From the NCBI GenBank assembly GCA_964057225.1, contig OZ059897.1, forward strand, positions 5,456,001 to 5,520,000: DNA of 64,000 nt, in the 5' to 3' direction. Positions 49,649 through 61,773 of the stretch are shown in pieces. This stretch comes from Auanema rhodensis (lineage: Eukaryota > Animalia > Nematoda). The notes beneath the pieces are model-generated. The model had not been told where the DNA came from, did no database searches, and saw only the letters and a program-made list of their open reading frames with translations. The translations under genes and the position numbers were made by a program. Each line of letters begins with the position of its first letter. Position 1 is the stretch's first letter.

Positions 49649-52600
49649 GATTTACAACATGCTAAATCAATAAAAGATTTTTTTAATATAAAAGCATAGA
49701 TGTTAATAGAATTATATAACTTTGTATAAACATATAGTAAATATGATGATAAGCTTGTGAAGAAGGAAATTCTTAATTAAATCCCGAAAATTATTTTTTC
49801 TTTCATATTTCTTTTGGCAATCAAAATTGAAAATAACTACTTCTAATCGGCCAAATGTTCAAGTAAAGTTCAAGAAAAGTTCTTATTTTGAAAAGAAATC
49901 TCAAATTATTATTGGGCTGAGAATGGAAATTATTGATCAAATCCTTTATAATTATAAGGTTTTTGAATAATCTTATTCATTCACTCTTCGAAATGTTTTT
50001 TTGTACAATCAACTTACTTCAAGAATTTCTAAGTAAATTCAATTAAAAGTTGTGAAAAGTGATTAAAGCATATGTTTTTCTATAAATGATTAGTTAAGCA
50101 TCTTTCTTCCACATATTAACTTCAATATTTCTATCATGATTTTCTTATCGTTTTCATCTTTTTCCACCTTAAACGGGAATTATGCCTGGGGCGTTGGGAT
50201 TAAGGAAAACTTTGTTTTGTTAAGGATAAACGAAAAAGCTTTCAACTTTCTTGATGAATTGAACTGAAACTTGTTGTAAAAAATGTTTCTTTATATCCTC
50301 AAATAGCAAAACTTTTCAAAATTCCAAGGAAAAAAACTTGATCAAAAGTTGAAATTGCGTCTTTGAAACCATACTACAGTTCATTGATATGAAATAATTT
50401 GTAAAGACATTTCAATTTAAAATGATGACAAATAGTTTTGGAAAGCAGGAAGTATTATGCATTTCGTCACACATTTGCTCCGCCTTGTAGAAAAAATTAT
50501 CTTCTGGCTCTTCGGAACATAATTGAGTGTGTGTGAAAGAGAGAAAGAGAGAGAAAGAGAGAGAGATAGACATAGACTAAAAGTAAAGATTAGTCATCTT
50601 ATATAGAAATAAGTAAAATACGAAATTTTAATGAAATTCCAGAGCAGAGGTTATGATAAAGCCGATCCTACCGAAAGCTTTCATTTCCCTTTTCGGACTT
50701 CATTTTCTTCCTATTTCTAGCGTTTGACTTGTATGTTGAAGCAAGTTGTACTGTGTTCAATTGCTACAAATCGACCTTGCATAACATATGAAAACGGATA
50801 CGAATTGAAAAGCAGATAGAGAAAAAAATAATAAAAGAAAGGAGGAATATATAATAAAAATAATTAAATCCATAGAACAACATGCTGTTCTGATATTTGC
50901 GATATCTTTGGGTAGCTCTAAGTTTCAAAATATTATACTTAGTATGAATGAATAGTTATTGTTTTTCCCTTTTTTCTCATTCAAACAGCTGCTATAATAT
51001 TTTGATTTTATTTCTCTATATACACTGACATTCGTCAGATATTCAAGCTGAACATGTTTGAATTCCTTGTTTTTCGTCATGTTTAACTGTTTAGGTTTTT
51101 CTCGAATATGCTCGTGAACCCTCAAACATATTATCGGACTAAATCCAGTTCTTCTGACATCCGTTTTACTTCCCGGTTGTGATCGTTTGCGAAAAAAAAG
51201 GAAAGAAAACGATTTCGTTTAGATAGATAGATGGATAGATATACTCATATACATACATATATATATCATATAATATATAAATATCAACAAATATTAAGTT
51301 AAAACTAAAAATATCTAAAGTTAGCTATTACAAACGAAAGTATTATGCTTATGATTGATCATTTTTTGAAATAACTTGGAATTGCCACCTGATCTGTTTT
51401 GAGCAATCATTGCTCGGTCAGGTGATACTCACTGTTTCATACATTCATTTTCCTTCTAGCAGTATTTTTCTCGATTTTCATTCTCTTAACCTCATTAATC
51501 CATCCATCTTCATCTGTTTTGCACATTTTAAACTTTTTTTCTTCATGCCTTAGGAAATATGTCTCGAATTTCACATGTCAAATCTCTCAACTTAAAAACT
51601 GATCAATGACTAGAATCTACATTTAAAGGGAAAAAAACAACAAAAATTAGAATTAAAAATATTAAAATATATATATTTGTTTGTAAATGTAATAGCTTAC
51701 TTGTTCTTCATAGCATATGTTCAATGAAATTTGCATGAGAGAAGGTGCAGGATATGAGCAGATTAGTTTGATTTCCTTCCTGTTCAACAACAACGTTCAC
51801 TTTGCAATTCGTTAATTCTTATTCAAAATATATATATTCTGAGCTTTAGAGAAAAATTCTGATTTATTTTGTTAACTATTACTTCCGGATTCACGAATGT
51901 TTCAGCTAAAAAAAGAAACAATCATTTTCAGCAGCAGTCGCAATTTCTTTCCTCTTTTGGGTTTGTCATCAGAAGAAAAAGTCTTTTCTTAGTTTTTTTT
52001 TCTGAATAAAAACTAAATATGTACATATGTAACTTTGCTTCTTTCATAATATCTGTTTTTCAGCAGTTCCGTTATACTTTTCTTGAGAGTTATACATTAT
52101 ATTTTAAAATTTGATAGACTTTTAACTAATTTATCGATGCCCCACTACACAGTATTCTTTCCTATTGATAAAAGAACAGAATTCGAACCAAAAAGTTTTA
52201 AAATTACTAGTAGGAAATGTTTCTGTTATATTCCCAACTATACTATGCATGGGTATCTTACTACTTATTCTATCCTACTCCTCCCCCACCCCTTTCATCC
52301 TTCCTCATGTTCATGCATATGTGCTACTGAAAAAGCAAGAAGAAAAAAGAATGAAAAACAATTCCTCTCTACTTTCATCATTTCAAAATTAAAAGAGAAA
52401 GCATAATATGTTAACAAACTAACATGAAAACGGCTTGTGCGGCACTAAGTCACAAGCAACAAATCTCATCCAATGCTTGAAACAATCAGAATTAAGTAGC
52501 TTCCTTTTTGTGAGCAGAATTTCCTGAAGTCTTCAACTTTTCAATCAAAAAGAACTGCAAACTAACTGAAAGCATTTATCAGAGAATGGCTTTTGTTTTC

Positions 52601-55600
52601 AGTTTTTGTACTAATGAATAGGTTTTAAGATGTTTTCTTCTTTCTACCTCATTTATGTTACGAACCAATTCAAATTTTAATATAGATCTAGATGTTATAC
52701 ATAGATCTATTCAATATCTATATAAACCTATTTTACATCAAATATTTCAAATATATTTTGAATAATTTGAAAAATATTAAAATCATATAAGTTAAATAAA
52801 TGTTTTCTTCTATAAAGCACCACCTTTTCTCTGTTAGCATGGTATCTTATCTTCTAAATTATCACGAAAACTCTTTCGAATTTTTTTTTGAAAACAACTA
52901 GAAGTGCTCATTACAACTAATTTTTTTGAAAACTTTCACTTTTCTTTAAAAAAAAAGAAGAAGAAAATTTCTGAGCTGAAATAAAAGTTCAGAAGCCATT
53001 GGTCATCAGGGAGGCATTGTCTTCTCAGAAATACTTCCTACTCTTTTTTCTATTTTTTTCTTCCTGGTTTCTTTTTCTTTCGAAACTTTTTCCATCATTT
53101 CACTAGATTTCATTTATTTTTCATTTGAATTTGAAAAAAAAAAACTTTCTAATATCAGGTATATATATGTATAACTATATAAATAGCATTTATGCAAATT
53201 GATCATTTTACTGACGTAGTAACGTGAGTCTCATTTTTCATTTTCAAGCGTATGAAAGTGGTTGCATTTCACGTATTCACATTATCTTTCTTTATTCCAT
53301 TTACTCATATCATCTAAGTACTCTTATTCATTTCAGTTTTTTTATATTATATCGTATAGTATTCTTGATTATTCTCTTTGATACATCTATGTATACGAAT
53401 GTAAATCCTCCGATAGAAAGATAATGAAAACCTCTCTACTAGACAAACGCGATAGACATCGTTCAATTTCTTTTTGCATTTCCTCATCTCGACCGAATCT
53501 ACTTCCTTATTTGTGTCTGTTCTGTCTCGTTGTGCGGACCAGACTGAGACTGGCTTTTCAGTTCTATTCTCTTTAACTCGAATTTTGTCTTTTCGCAATT
53601 TGTTATCTACAATATTCATTTGAAAAACCTTCTGCTATTACTTGATCCTTCTACAGCTTGCACAGCACATTTATTTCCTCATTGCCTATCGCTATCACTC
53701 TTTCCTTAATTTATCTAATAAAAATATATTTTATGACGTACTAAACCTGATAAAATTTCTTTTAATTCTTCAAAAACAATCAATTGAATTTTTATCATTT
53801 TGAAACGATAATATTGGAAAGAAGACTACAATCATTCCACAAAATGTTCAGATATAAGATGTAATTTTATTGTTTCATCACTTTATATAGTTAAGTTGAT
53901 TACAATTGAAAATTACTTCCTCATTCAACAGAGCAAAAAGCAAATCTTCCTAATAACATTATTCAGATATATCTATATATAACTATAATGTGACATAAAA
54001 TATTATATGAAATCTATATACATATGTACATAAACTTTTAAGCTAATTCATTTATAAGTTATCTATCTTCTATATCAAAACATATAGTATTGATAATGGA
54101 TAATATATGTTACTTTATATAATATTTGTTTTCTTAAAATGATTTATACAACTCGTTAACAACTTCCTCATTTAGTAAACCGTTCTTTATAATTTATACT
54201 ATATATGCACTTATATGCCTGTTATGTATATAATTAATAGAAAAACATATTTTTTTCTTTTTTTAGCTTTCTGCCCTTTTCAATATGTATTTCTATTTTG
54301 ATCCATATTATACCTCAAAGATATTAACTTTTATAATTTAGTTCAACTTTCTTTTCTTTTTCTTTTCATCGTTCTTTTCTCCTGTTAGTCATTTTTTGAA
54401 CAAAAAGTGGGCGCATATGTCGTTTTTGCTATTGGGCACACTGAATCTGAAACTTCATAAGCTCTTTATCTCTTAAATCGTACTAGTCCTATGGGCTTCT
54501 TGAAATCAAGCCTCAAAAATTATTCTCTAGAACGCTTTTCTATTTTTCTTGATAGTACATTGAATAGAGCTAAAATAGCCAAAACTCGTTCAAGGTTAAT
54601 TACATTTAGTTCTGACCATTCAGCAACCTTCAGAATCAGATCTTCTTGCTGTTTGCACTTACTGAAAGGTCATGTCTCTTTTTGCAGTGATAACTACGGC
54701 GAACAAGATGCTTCACGTTATCCAGGAAGTGATTCCATTTATAGTGCTTTCATCTTTTTTCATCATGTTCCTATTTCATAGCAGTTTCATGTCCCGCCTT
54801 TTGTTTCCTATCTCTGTTACTTTTTTTCCTCTTTCCCTCTCTGTATCTCTTTCATTTCCTCTAAACCTCTTTTCCTCTCACTCACTTATTCTCTTCATCT
54901 CATTTTCACTATTTCTTTCAGTTTTACTTTATTTTGTTCTCTGCCCAACCACCACCATCAGCAGCATCAGCACCACATCGATCAGTCTTTGTTCAAGGGG
55001 AGGGCCATAGGGCTGTGAGAAATGGAAGAGATACACAGACAGATAAAGAGAGAGGCAGAGAAAAAGAGAGAAAGAGAAAACTTCCGCCTTCCGCCCCTTC
55101 CGCCCCAAACGAAATTCACAAGCAGCTGACTATACGACGATGACGATCAGCTTGTTCATCTTCATTGTCTTTGCATGAGTAATAGTGATAACCCTTATGT
55201 AACAGCTGATCTGAATCATATTCACCATTTCTCGTCTGTAACATAACTGTTTATACATCAACTATTTCCTATTCGATGAAATACGCCCCGACTAAGAGCG
55301 ATTGCATTATTGCTCAACGACGACCCTACCCGGAACTACTTGGTGGCAGAACCAACCCGGAACTACGTATAGAACAAGAGTTAAATATCATGTTGTAAAG
55401 CCTTGTCTTTCTGCAATCTTTCTCTATGACTTCCGCTCTCTGTGTGTCTCTTCCTCATCATCATCTCCTCTTGCTGCCGCTTTCGGCCTGATTTTCTCTT
55501 AATGTTCATCCTCTATTTTTTTCTCTTCTCCCCTAGTTCTCTTTGTTTTAGTCGGTGTATACCAATTCTTTCTCTTTTATTTCTCTCTCTCTCTCTCCCT

Positions 55601-58600
55601 CTCTCTCTCTCTTTCTCTCTCTCAAATATTTTTTTCTATCTGTCTAATTCAAGATTATTCCACTACAATTAAACTATCCATTATCGTTACCTGTTCTTTT
55701 CATGTTTAGGCCATTTTTTTAATGTGGAACAGTTAGAGAGGAAAGCAACAACAGTAAATCATAATTCTCTTTATCCTATCACCTTCGTTTTCATTTGAAA
55801 AACATTATTTTGCTTGTTTCCTAAATCTAACTGTTCTCTTTGCCAGTATATAAACAACATTTTATCATCAGTTGCGGAAAGAAAATATATCAATCTTGGG
55901 TCATATTGATTATTTAAAGATAGATGTTCCTATTAAAATGAGAAAAACATGTTTATAAATAGTTAAAGCATCCATCTATGGGTTTGTCAGCATATTGGAT
56001 TTCTTTCAACATTTCTCCGAATTCAATTTCCGTTTTTTTTTGTTTGGAAGACCAGTAGCTTTTATTAAAGGTGACATTTTGCTCCCTCTCTCTATCTCAC
56101 TCTCTCTCTCTCTTTCTCTCTATTTCTTTATCTCTTTCTCTTTTTTCTTCTCAGACTTCTTTCTTGTTCTATAGATACATATAATTCAGATATTTGAATA
56201 TGGCTTACTTGTAATCATCCCTTATTATATAATGAAGAATTATAAAAAGTTGAATAGATTGGGAAAATCTTATTGGATAATCTTTCAAAAAATTTCATCC
56301 CCATTCACAAAATTTTTTATGATAAGCCAAAATTAACATTCAAGTTTTACGGCAATTTGTATATAATCCTATCTCTCTCTCTCTCTTTCCTTCTCTCTCT
56401 TTCTTTCTCTTTCTCTCATTCAATTTTCATTTTTCACCCCCTTCCCCCCATGTTCTTAGCATCTTAACATGTTTCTCACTTCCTCTTGTTATAGCTCCTT
56501 GTTTTGTATGACAATATGAATACTGAGACATGTACACATAAATGATCAATAGAATATTTAACCATTATAAAACAAAAAAAAAAGAAGATTAGAAATATGA
56601 ACAATTTTCATGTTTTTCCTCTTTTAGATTTCTTTATATTTTACAGTATTTGTAGTTTGATATGATGAGATTGACAGAGTTTTCATACCACGTGTGCGAT
56701 GAAGATAGAGATGAAGATAGAGATAGAGGGAGATAAAGAGAGAGGGGGAGACAGAGAGAGAGAGAAAAATAGATTCATTAGATACATTTGACATAAAATT
56801 CCTTTTTTGTTTCTTAATATAATATATATTTATATGTATATATAATATTAAAACTGTTTCTCATATATCTCCAATATCTTGTAATACATTTTTTTTATTT
56901 TTTGTAATTCACATACATATAGATTGTTTTTGAATTCGATTATGTTTTCACAAGATTTACATTCTTTTTCTCACCTCGGTAAAACTTTTTTTTCTCTCTC
57001 TCTCTGTCTCTCTCTTACTATCTACTACTACCTCTTTTCACCTCTATATCTCTCTCTCTATCTATTTCTCTTTTCCTGTTATGCTTTACTTGACAATCTC
57101 TACTTTTCTATCTTTATAAAAAAATATATATATATCCTAATAAATGAAAAAATCATGAAAAATTCTCATTTTTTTTATTTTTCAAAACATTTGTTTTTAA
57201 TTTGTCATTTTGTTTCTCTATTTCATGACTGTCTTTAATATATCTTCACTATTTTTGGTTTTGTTCTCCTATTTTTCATTTTGTATTATTTTGCTTCCTT
57301 ATTCATTTATATCACTAATCTCATCCTAATTCCTCTGCTTTAATTCATCTTTTTCTCTATTTTTATAACTTTTTAAAAGAACTTAACGTTTCCTTTTTCA
57401 TCCTAATTTTCTATATTTATAATGTAATATAATATTTAAACTGATTTCATCCAATGCCATCTTCTTTACTCAAATTTCATTCACGATATCGTTGAACTTC
57501 TATATCTTAATCAGTCTATTCACAACTGTTTGCCTAATAACTCTCGTTACTCTGGACAAGTTTGAACTAACGGATCTACATAACAGGAAACTTGACTTAA
57601 ACTAGGAAGTTCTCTCCAATATGACAGCAGTCGTTGTCAATTTGATCGCTTTATCATGTATGCATTCAAGAGTCTCTACTCCTTCAATTAGGCTTTGCAT
57701 AATTTCCAAAAAGTCTCTCGAAAAAAATTTCATCAAGAGCATAACAGAACGAAATTTACGTAGATGAAGTCGTAAATGGACAACGGAATATATGTGAGCT
57801 TCTTCGCTGACTTCCGTGTTCTAGACATTTCTCTCTTAACTCAATCGTGTTCTACTGTTCACTGCACACTATACCCTTTTTCCATATTTCAATATCTTAG
57901 TACATATTCTGAAATTATTTTGAAATTCATATTATTCTATGTTCTTAATGTCATGCTGCTTATCTGCCTAATTCGATGCATAACAAAGAATCACGCATGC
58001 TTCCTTCCTTCCAATATACTATGCTTCTCAAATGACATCACTTCCGCTTTATACAGCTTGGTTTTCTATTTTTTTTCCTCATTCGTCTCAAAGAGCTTCA
58101 TGATAAATCTAACTTCCGCAACGCATATCATTTATATTCTTTTGAAAAATAATAAATCATCAGCTATTTCTCTTACATTTTCTTTTCCTTTTTTTTAAAA
58201 ATAGTTACACTTGGAAAATATATAGATATATATTGTTTATACAATATATATGAACATTTTCAATAACATTTTAACTTATTTCAAATATTAATTATATGGA
58301 AAATATTATAGTTAATATTTTTATATATATATACATAGATAAATGGGCAAAAAAAGAACTTTTTTCTAACTTTTTTTTATTCTTTTTGAGAGAAACCATC
58401 GTGAAAACTGCTTCATTCAAACGAATAATCATTGTATTCAAAGATTCAACCGTTTCATTATCTCATGTTATATAAAAAAAAAAAAAAAGAAAACGTATCT
58501 TTCGTGTAAATATCATTGTCAGTCTCATTTTTGTGTTCACTCACATATACATACACATACATACATACATACACATGGATAAATACATACAGATATATCT

Positions 58601-60041
58601 TTCTTTTTTCATTTTTTTCTATTTCAATGTTAAGAATAAATCATCTTATACAACCACTCTATTTTATTTATTATCTTCATATGATCTTTTTCCTTCTTTT
58701 TTTTGATTTCAATTCCGAAGTTACAAAAGAAAAAAATGATTTGCGCAAAATTTATATCGTTTTCGTGCGGGAAGCAAGACAGAAAAAAAGTTCGATTTTT
58801 CTGATTGTCTAGTCAATGTTTGAGAAATGAGAAAAAAAAGAACATTTGTTAATTCACTGAAACTACCAACTCTTTCATACTATCTATCACAATGTATCCC
58901 AAGTCAGAAGAGTTTTTGAGAAAGTAAAACGTCTAACTTTCTCGAATGAACTTATACTGGATTAGTGACAAGAATTGAATGAATGATCTGGTTTTCCCAC
59001 ATCTATCAGGTATAAGGATAATGATATCTTTCGAAAGTGGATCTACCTGAAAGGAGAAAAGAGACGGGAAAGAAGAGATAGTTAGATAGATAAAAGTGAA
59101 TAAGTGAGTGGGGTAGATTGAAAAGAAAAAAACAAGGTAAGGAAATATGAAGGAGGGGTTTATCGTTGTTCGTGAAGTTTCAGTTTTTCATTGCTTCCCC
59201 CTTGTGTGGTTTTTCTTTCATCGCTATTCCACTCGTCGTGCTGCTAAAGTATGTTCACTTTGTCTCTGTCTATGTCTTTGGTCTCTTATTTTTTCTTCCT
59301 GGTTATCTAATACACTATACATTTGATATAGCTTGAGGACGTATGAAATAAAGTAAGAGAGAAGATTTTCGTTGAATAACATAAATATAAAGTAGAGATT
59401 GACTTGAAAGTTGAACAGAAAGAAAGAAAGAGAGTAGGAAAAGATGGAAAGAATAATTCAGTTTGGGTCTTGATACGTTTACACGGAAAGCATATATACA
59501 TACATGTAGCATGTAGATATGGCTCATGTTCATTGCTCCCTTAAATACATCCTTATGAGCATTTTCGCTACAAAGTTTTTGTATTGATGTTCTTTCATTT
59601 GTTCTTTCTCTAAGTTCTAAAAAAAATAAACTTTTCTAAATGTGCCCCAAATCCAAATTTATAAGAATTTCTTTATGAAATCCGAGTTGTTGTTCAGATT
59701 CAACATAAGAAGTTTATTCTTTTACGAACTTTCTCATTTTCTTTTCTTTTTTTTTTAAATTTTTATTCTTTTTATAATTAATATTCTTTTCTTATAATAC
59801 TATTATCATTATATAATATAAATATTTAAGAGTATAAATCAGTTTATGAAAAGTTGTAAATATTCCATTTTCTTATTGAATATTCTATTTTTTTTTCGTT
59901 TTCAAATTTTATTTTTTCTTTTAATATAAATATGAGTTTTTCTTCTCTCTTGTAATATATCTTTCATTTTCTTATCTTAACAGTTATTTTTTATTTTCAG
60001 ATTTTCAATCATCGTCCTTATACTCTAATCTATCTCCAGGA

Positions 60042-61406
60042 ATGAGCTTAACAACTCTCACTTTAGTTCTTCTATATTCCTGCTTATGTGGAATGGCTTC
60101 AGCTGATGTTTTACGCACTGTCATTTGTAAAAATTTATGTAATGACTACTTACATGTTCCTGAATCAGCTATGCCATTATGCTCCGATGTGCATTTGAAG
60201 ATGAATGAATGTGGCACAGGTTTGTATTTTTTATTATATCTTATGAATATAATTTTAATCAAAAATTGTAAATAATTATATTCTAAAGAATATATGTTTT
60301 ATCCTATATTTATGTAATCAATGTATTCTCTTTTTTTCTTCCAAACGTTTAAATACCTTTTACTTTTTTTAAAATTTCATTTTTTTTTGTGAAAAGAAAA
60401 AGTTAGAAAACTTGGTTAACTTACATATATTATGAAAAAGTTGCAATTGAAATATAATTTGAACTTGGCCAACTAATTCATCATATGCAATCAAATTGTT
60501 TTCTTTTACTCTAATATTGATTAACATTTTACCTAGAGAATGTGAATAATTATTTGAAATATTATATTTTAATCTAATCATTGGTCGTTAAAATAAAACT
60601 TCCTGTTCTTCCAATTACATGAATTCTTGCAATATATAAGCATATTTTCTAAATCTTAATAAATGAACAGGGAATAATATATATTTCTCTTTCCTTATAT
60701 TATAATATTTTAATCATATCATGTTATTCATATATGTGAATTTACTTATTTCAGTGATCACATGTGGTTGGGCTGAAGCTGAACGAGACAAAGTTCGACC
60801 AGTCGCCAACACTACAGATATAGTTTGTTGCTATCGAACAGTCATTGTGAGTTTTTTTGATTAGTTTGCATTCTTATTACATACATTTCTTGATAAGATA
60901 ATATAAAATGCTAAACATTATTATTAAATTATTAAATATTATATTGTTTCAGAAAGAAAAGGGAGATTGTGATGTTCATACTCCAGAAGTGAAGCCTGTT
61001 GAAGTTCAAATGGTAAGCATAATTTCCTTTTAATATTAATTTTATTCATTTGATAATCTATATTCACGTTTTGATTATTTTTTTTGTTTCAGGCTAATAT
61101 TTCGTGTGCAACTGAAACATGGTTACCGTGGCTCATTGCTTCAATTCTATTGATGGTTGTTGTAATTCAGGTAGCTAAATATTTTATTTTTTCTCAGAAT
61201 AAGACTTGTTTATTAGTTTTTTTATTTGAAAAGAAATTCGATATTTATGAATATTTAATTAATTTCAGTCAGCTGTTATCATCTGGACCTGTATTCATCG
61301 TCCAGGCCATCAGAAGGTTCAACAAGCACCAATGATGGAAGTTCAGTGCTCCAGAAGGCCTCTCTATATGGCTCGGCCGCTCGTTGATGGATCATTAGTA
61401 GCATAG
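60042..61406 (+). CDS. Small single-pass type I membrane protein with Cys-rich ectodomain, family not recognised; 5 exons
   Basis: Signal peptide MSLTTLTLVLLYSCLCGMASA, ectodomain CKNLC..C..C..CGW..CC..C..C, TM WLPWLIASILLMVVVIQSAVIIW, short tail ending DGSLVA*. TTTTCAG acceptor at 59994-60000 and in-phase GT-AG introns. Confidence 0.75.
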
Positions 61407-61747
61407 GATATATAATCAAATTAGCTTTTATACACTTCGTAAACATAATCATCGTCATTGTTATTATCACGAAGAAATCATCGTCATCATCGTTGCCGTA
61501 GACATCATCGTTGGGTCGTTGAGCGTCTTCAGAAAAAAGAAATTCATTTTTTTCAAACTTGTCAGCCATATCACGGGTTATTAACATGTAGCCTGAAAAA
61601 GATCTAATTTCTTGTCCTGCTTTCTATCTATTTTAATAATTTCTTCCGCTTTTTGTTTATTATTCCCTTTTTTCAATGGGAAAAAAAAACAAAAATTATT
61701 GTAATTTTCTTATCTTACACATAATTCAACACACCTGTCTCTTCCTC

Positions 61748-61773
61748 TTTCTCTCTCTCTCTCTCTCTCTCTC
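61748..61773. repeat. (TC)n microsatellite
   Basis: Direct observation. Confidence 0.85.

Noticed and set aside
49700-59990. Numerous 60-140 aa Phe/Leu/Ser/Ile-rich ORFs
   Set aside because: Compositional artefacts of AT- and TC-rich non-coding DNA, with no exon chains or domains.
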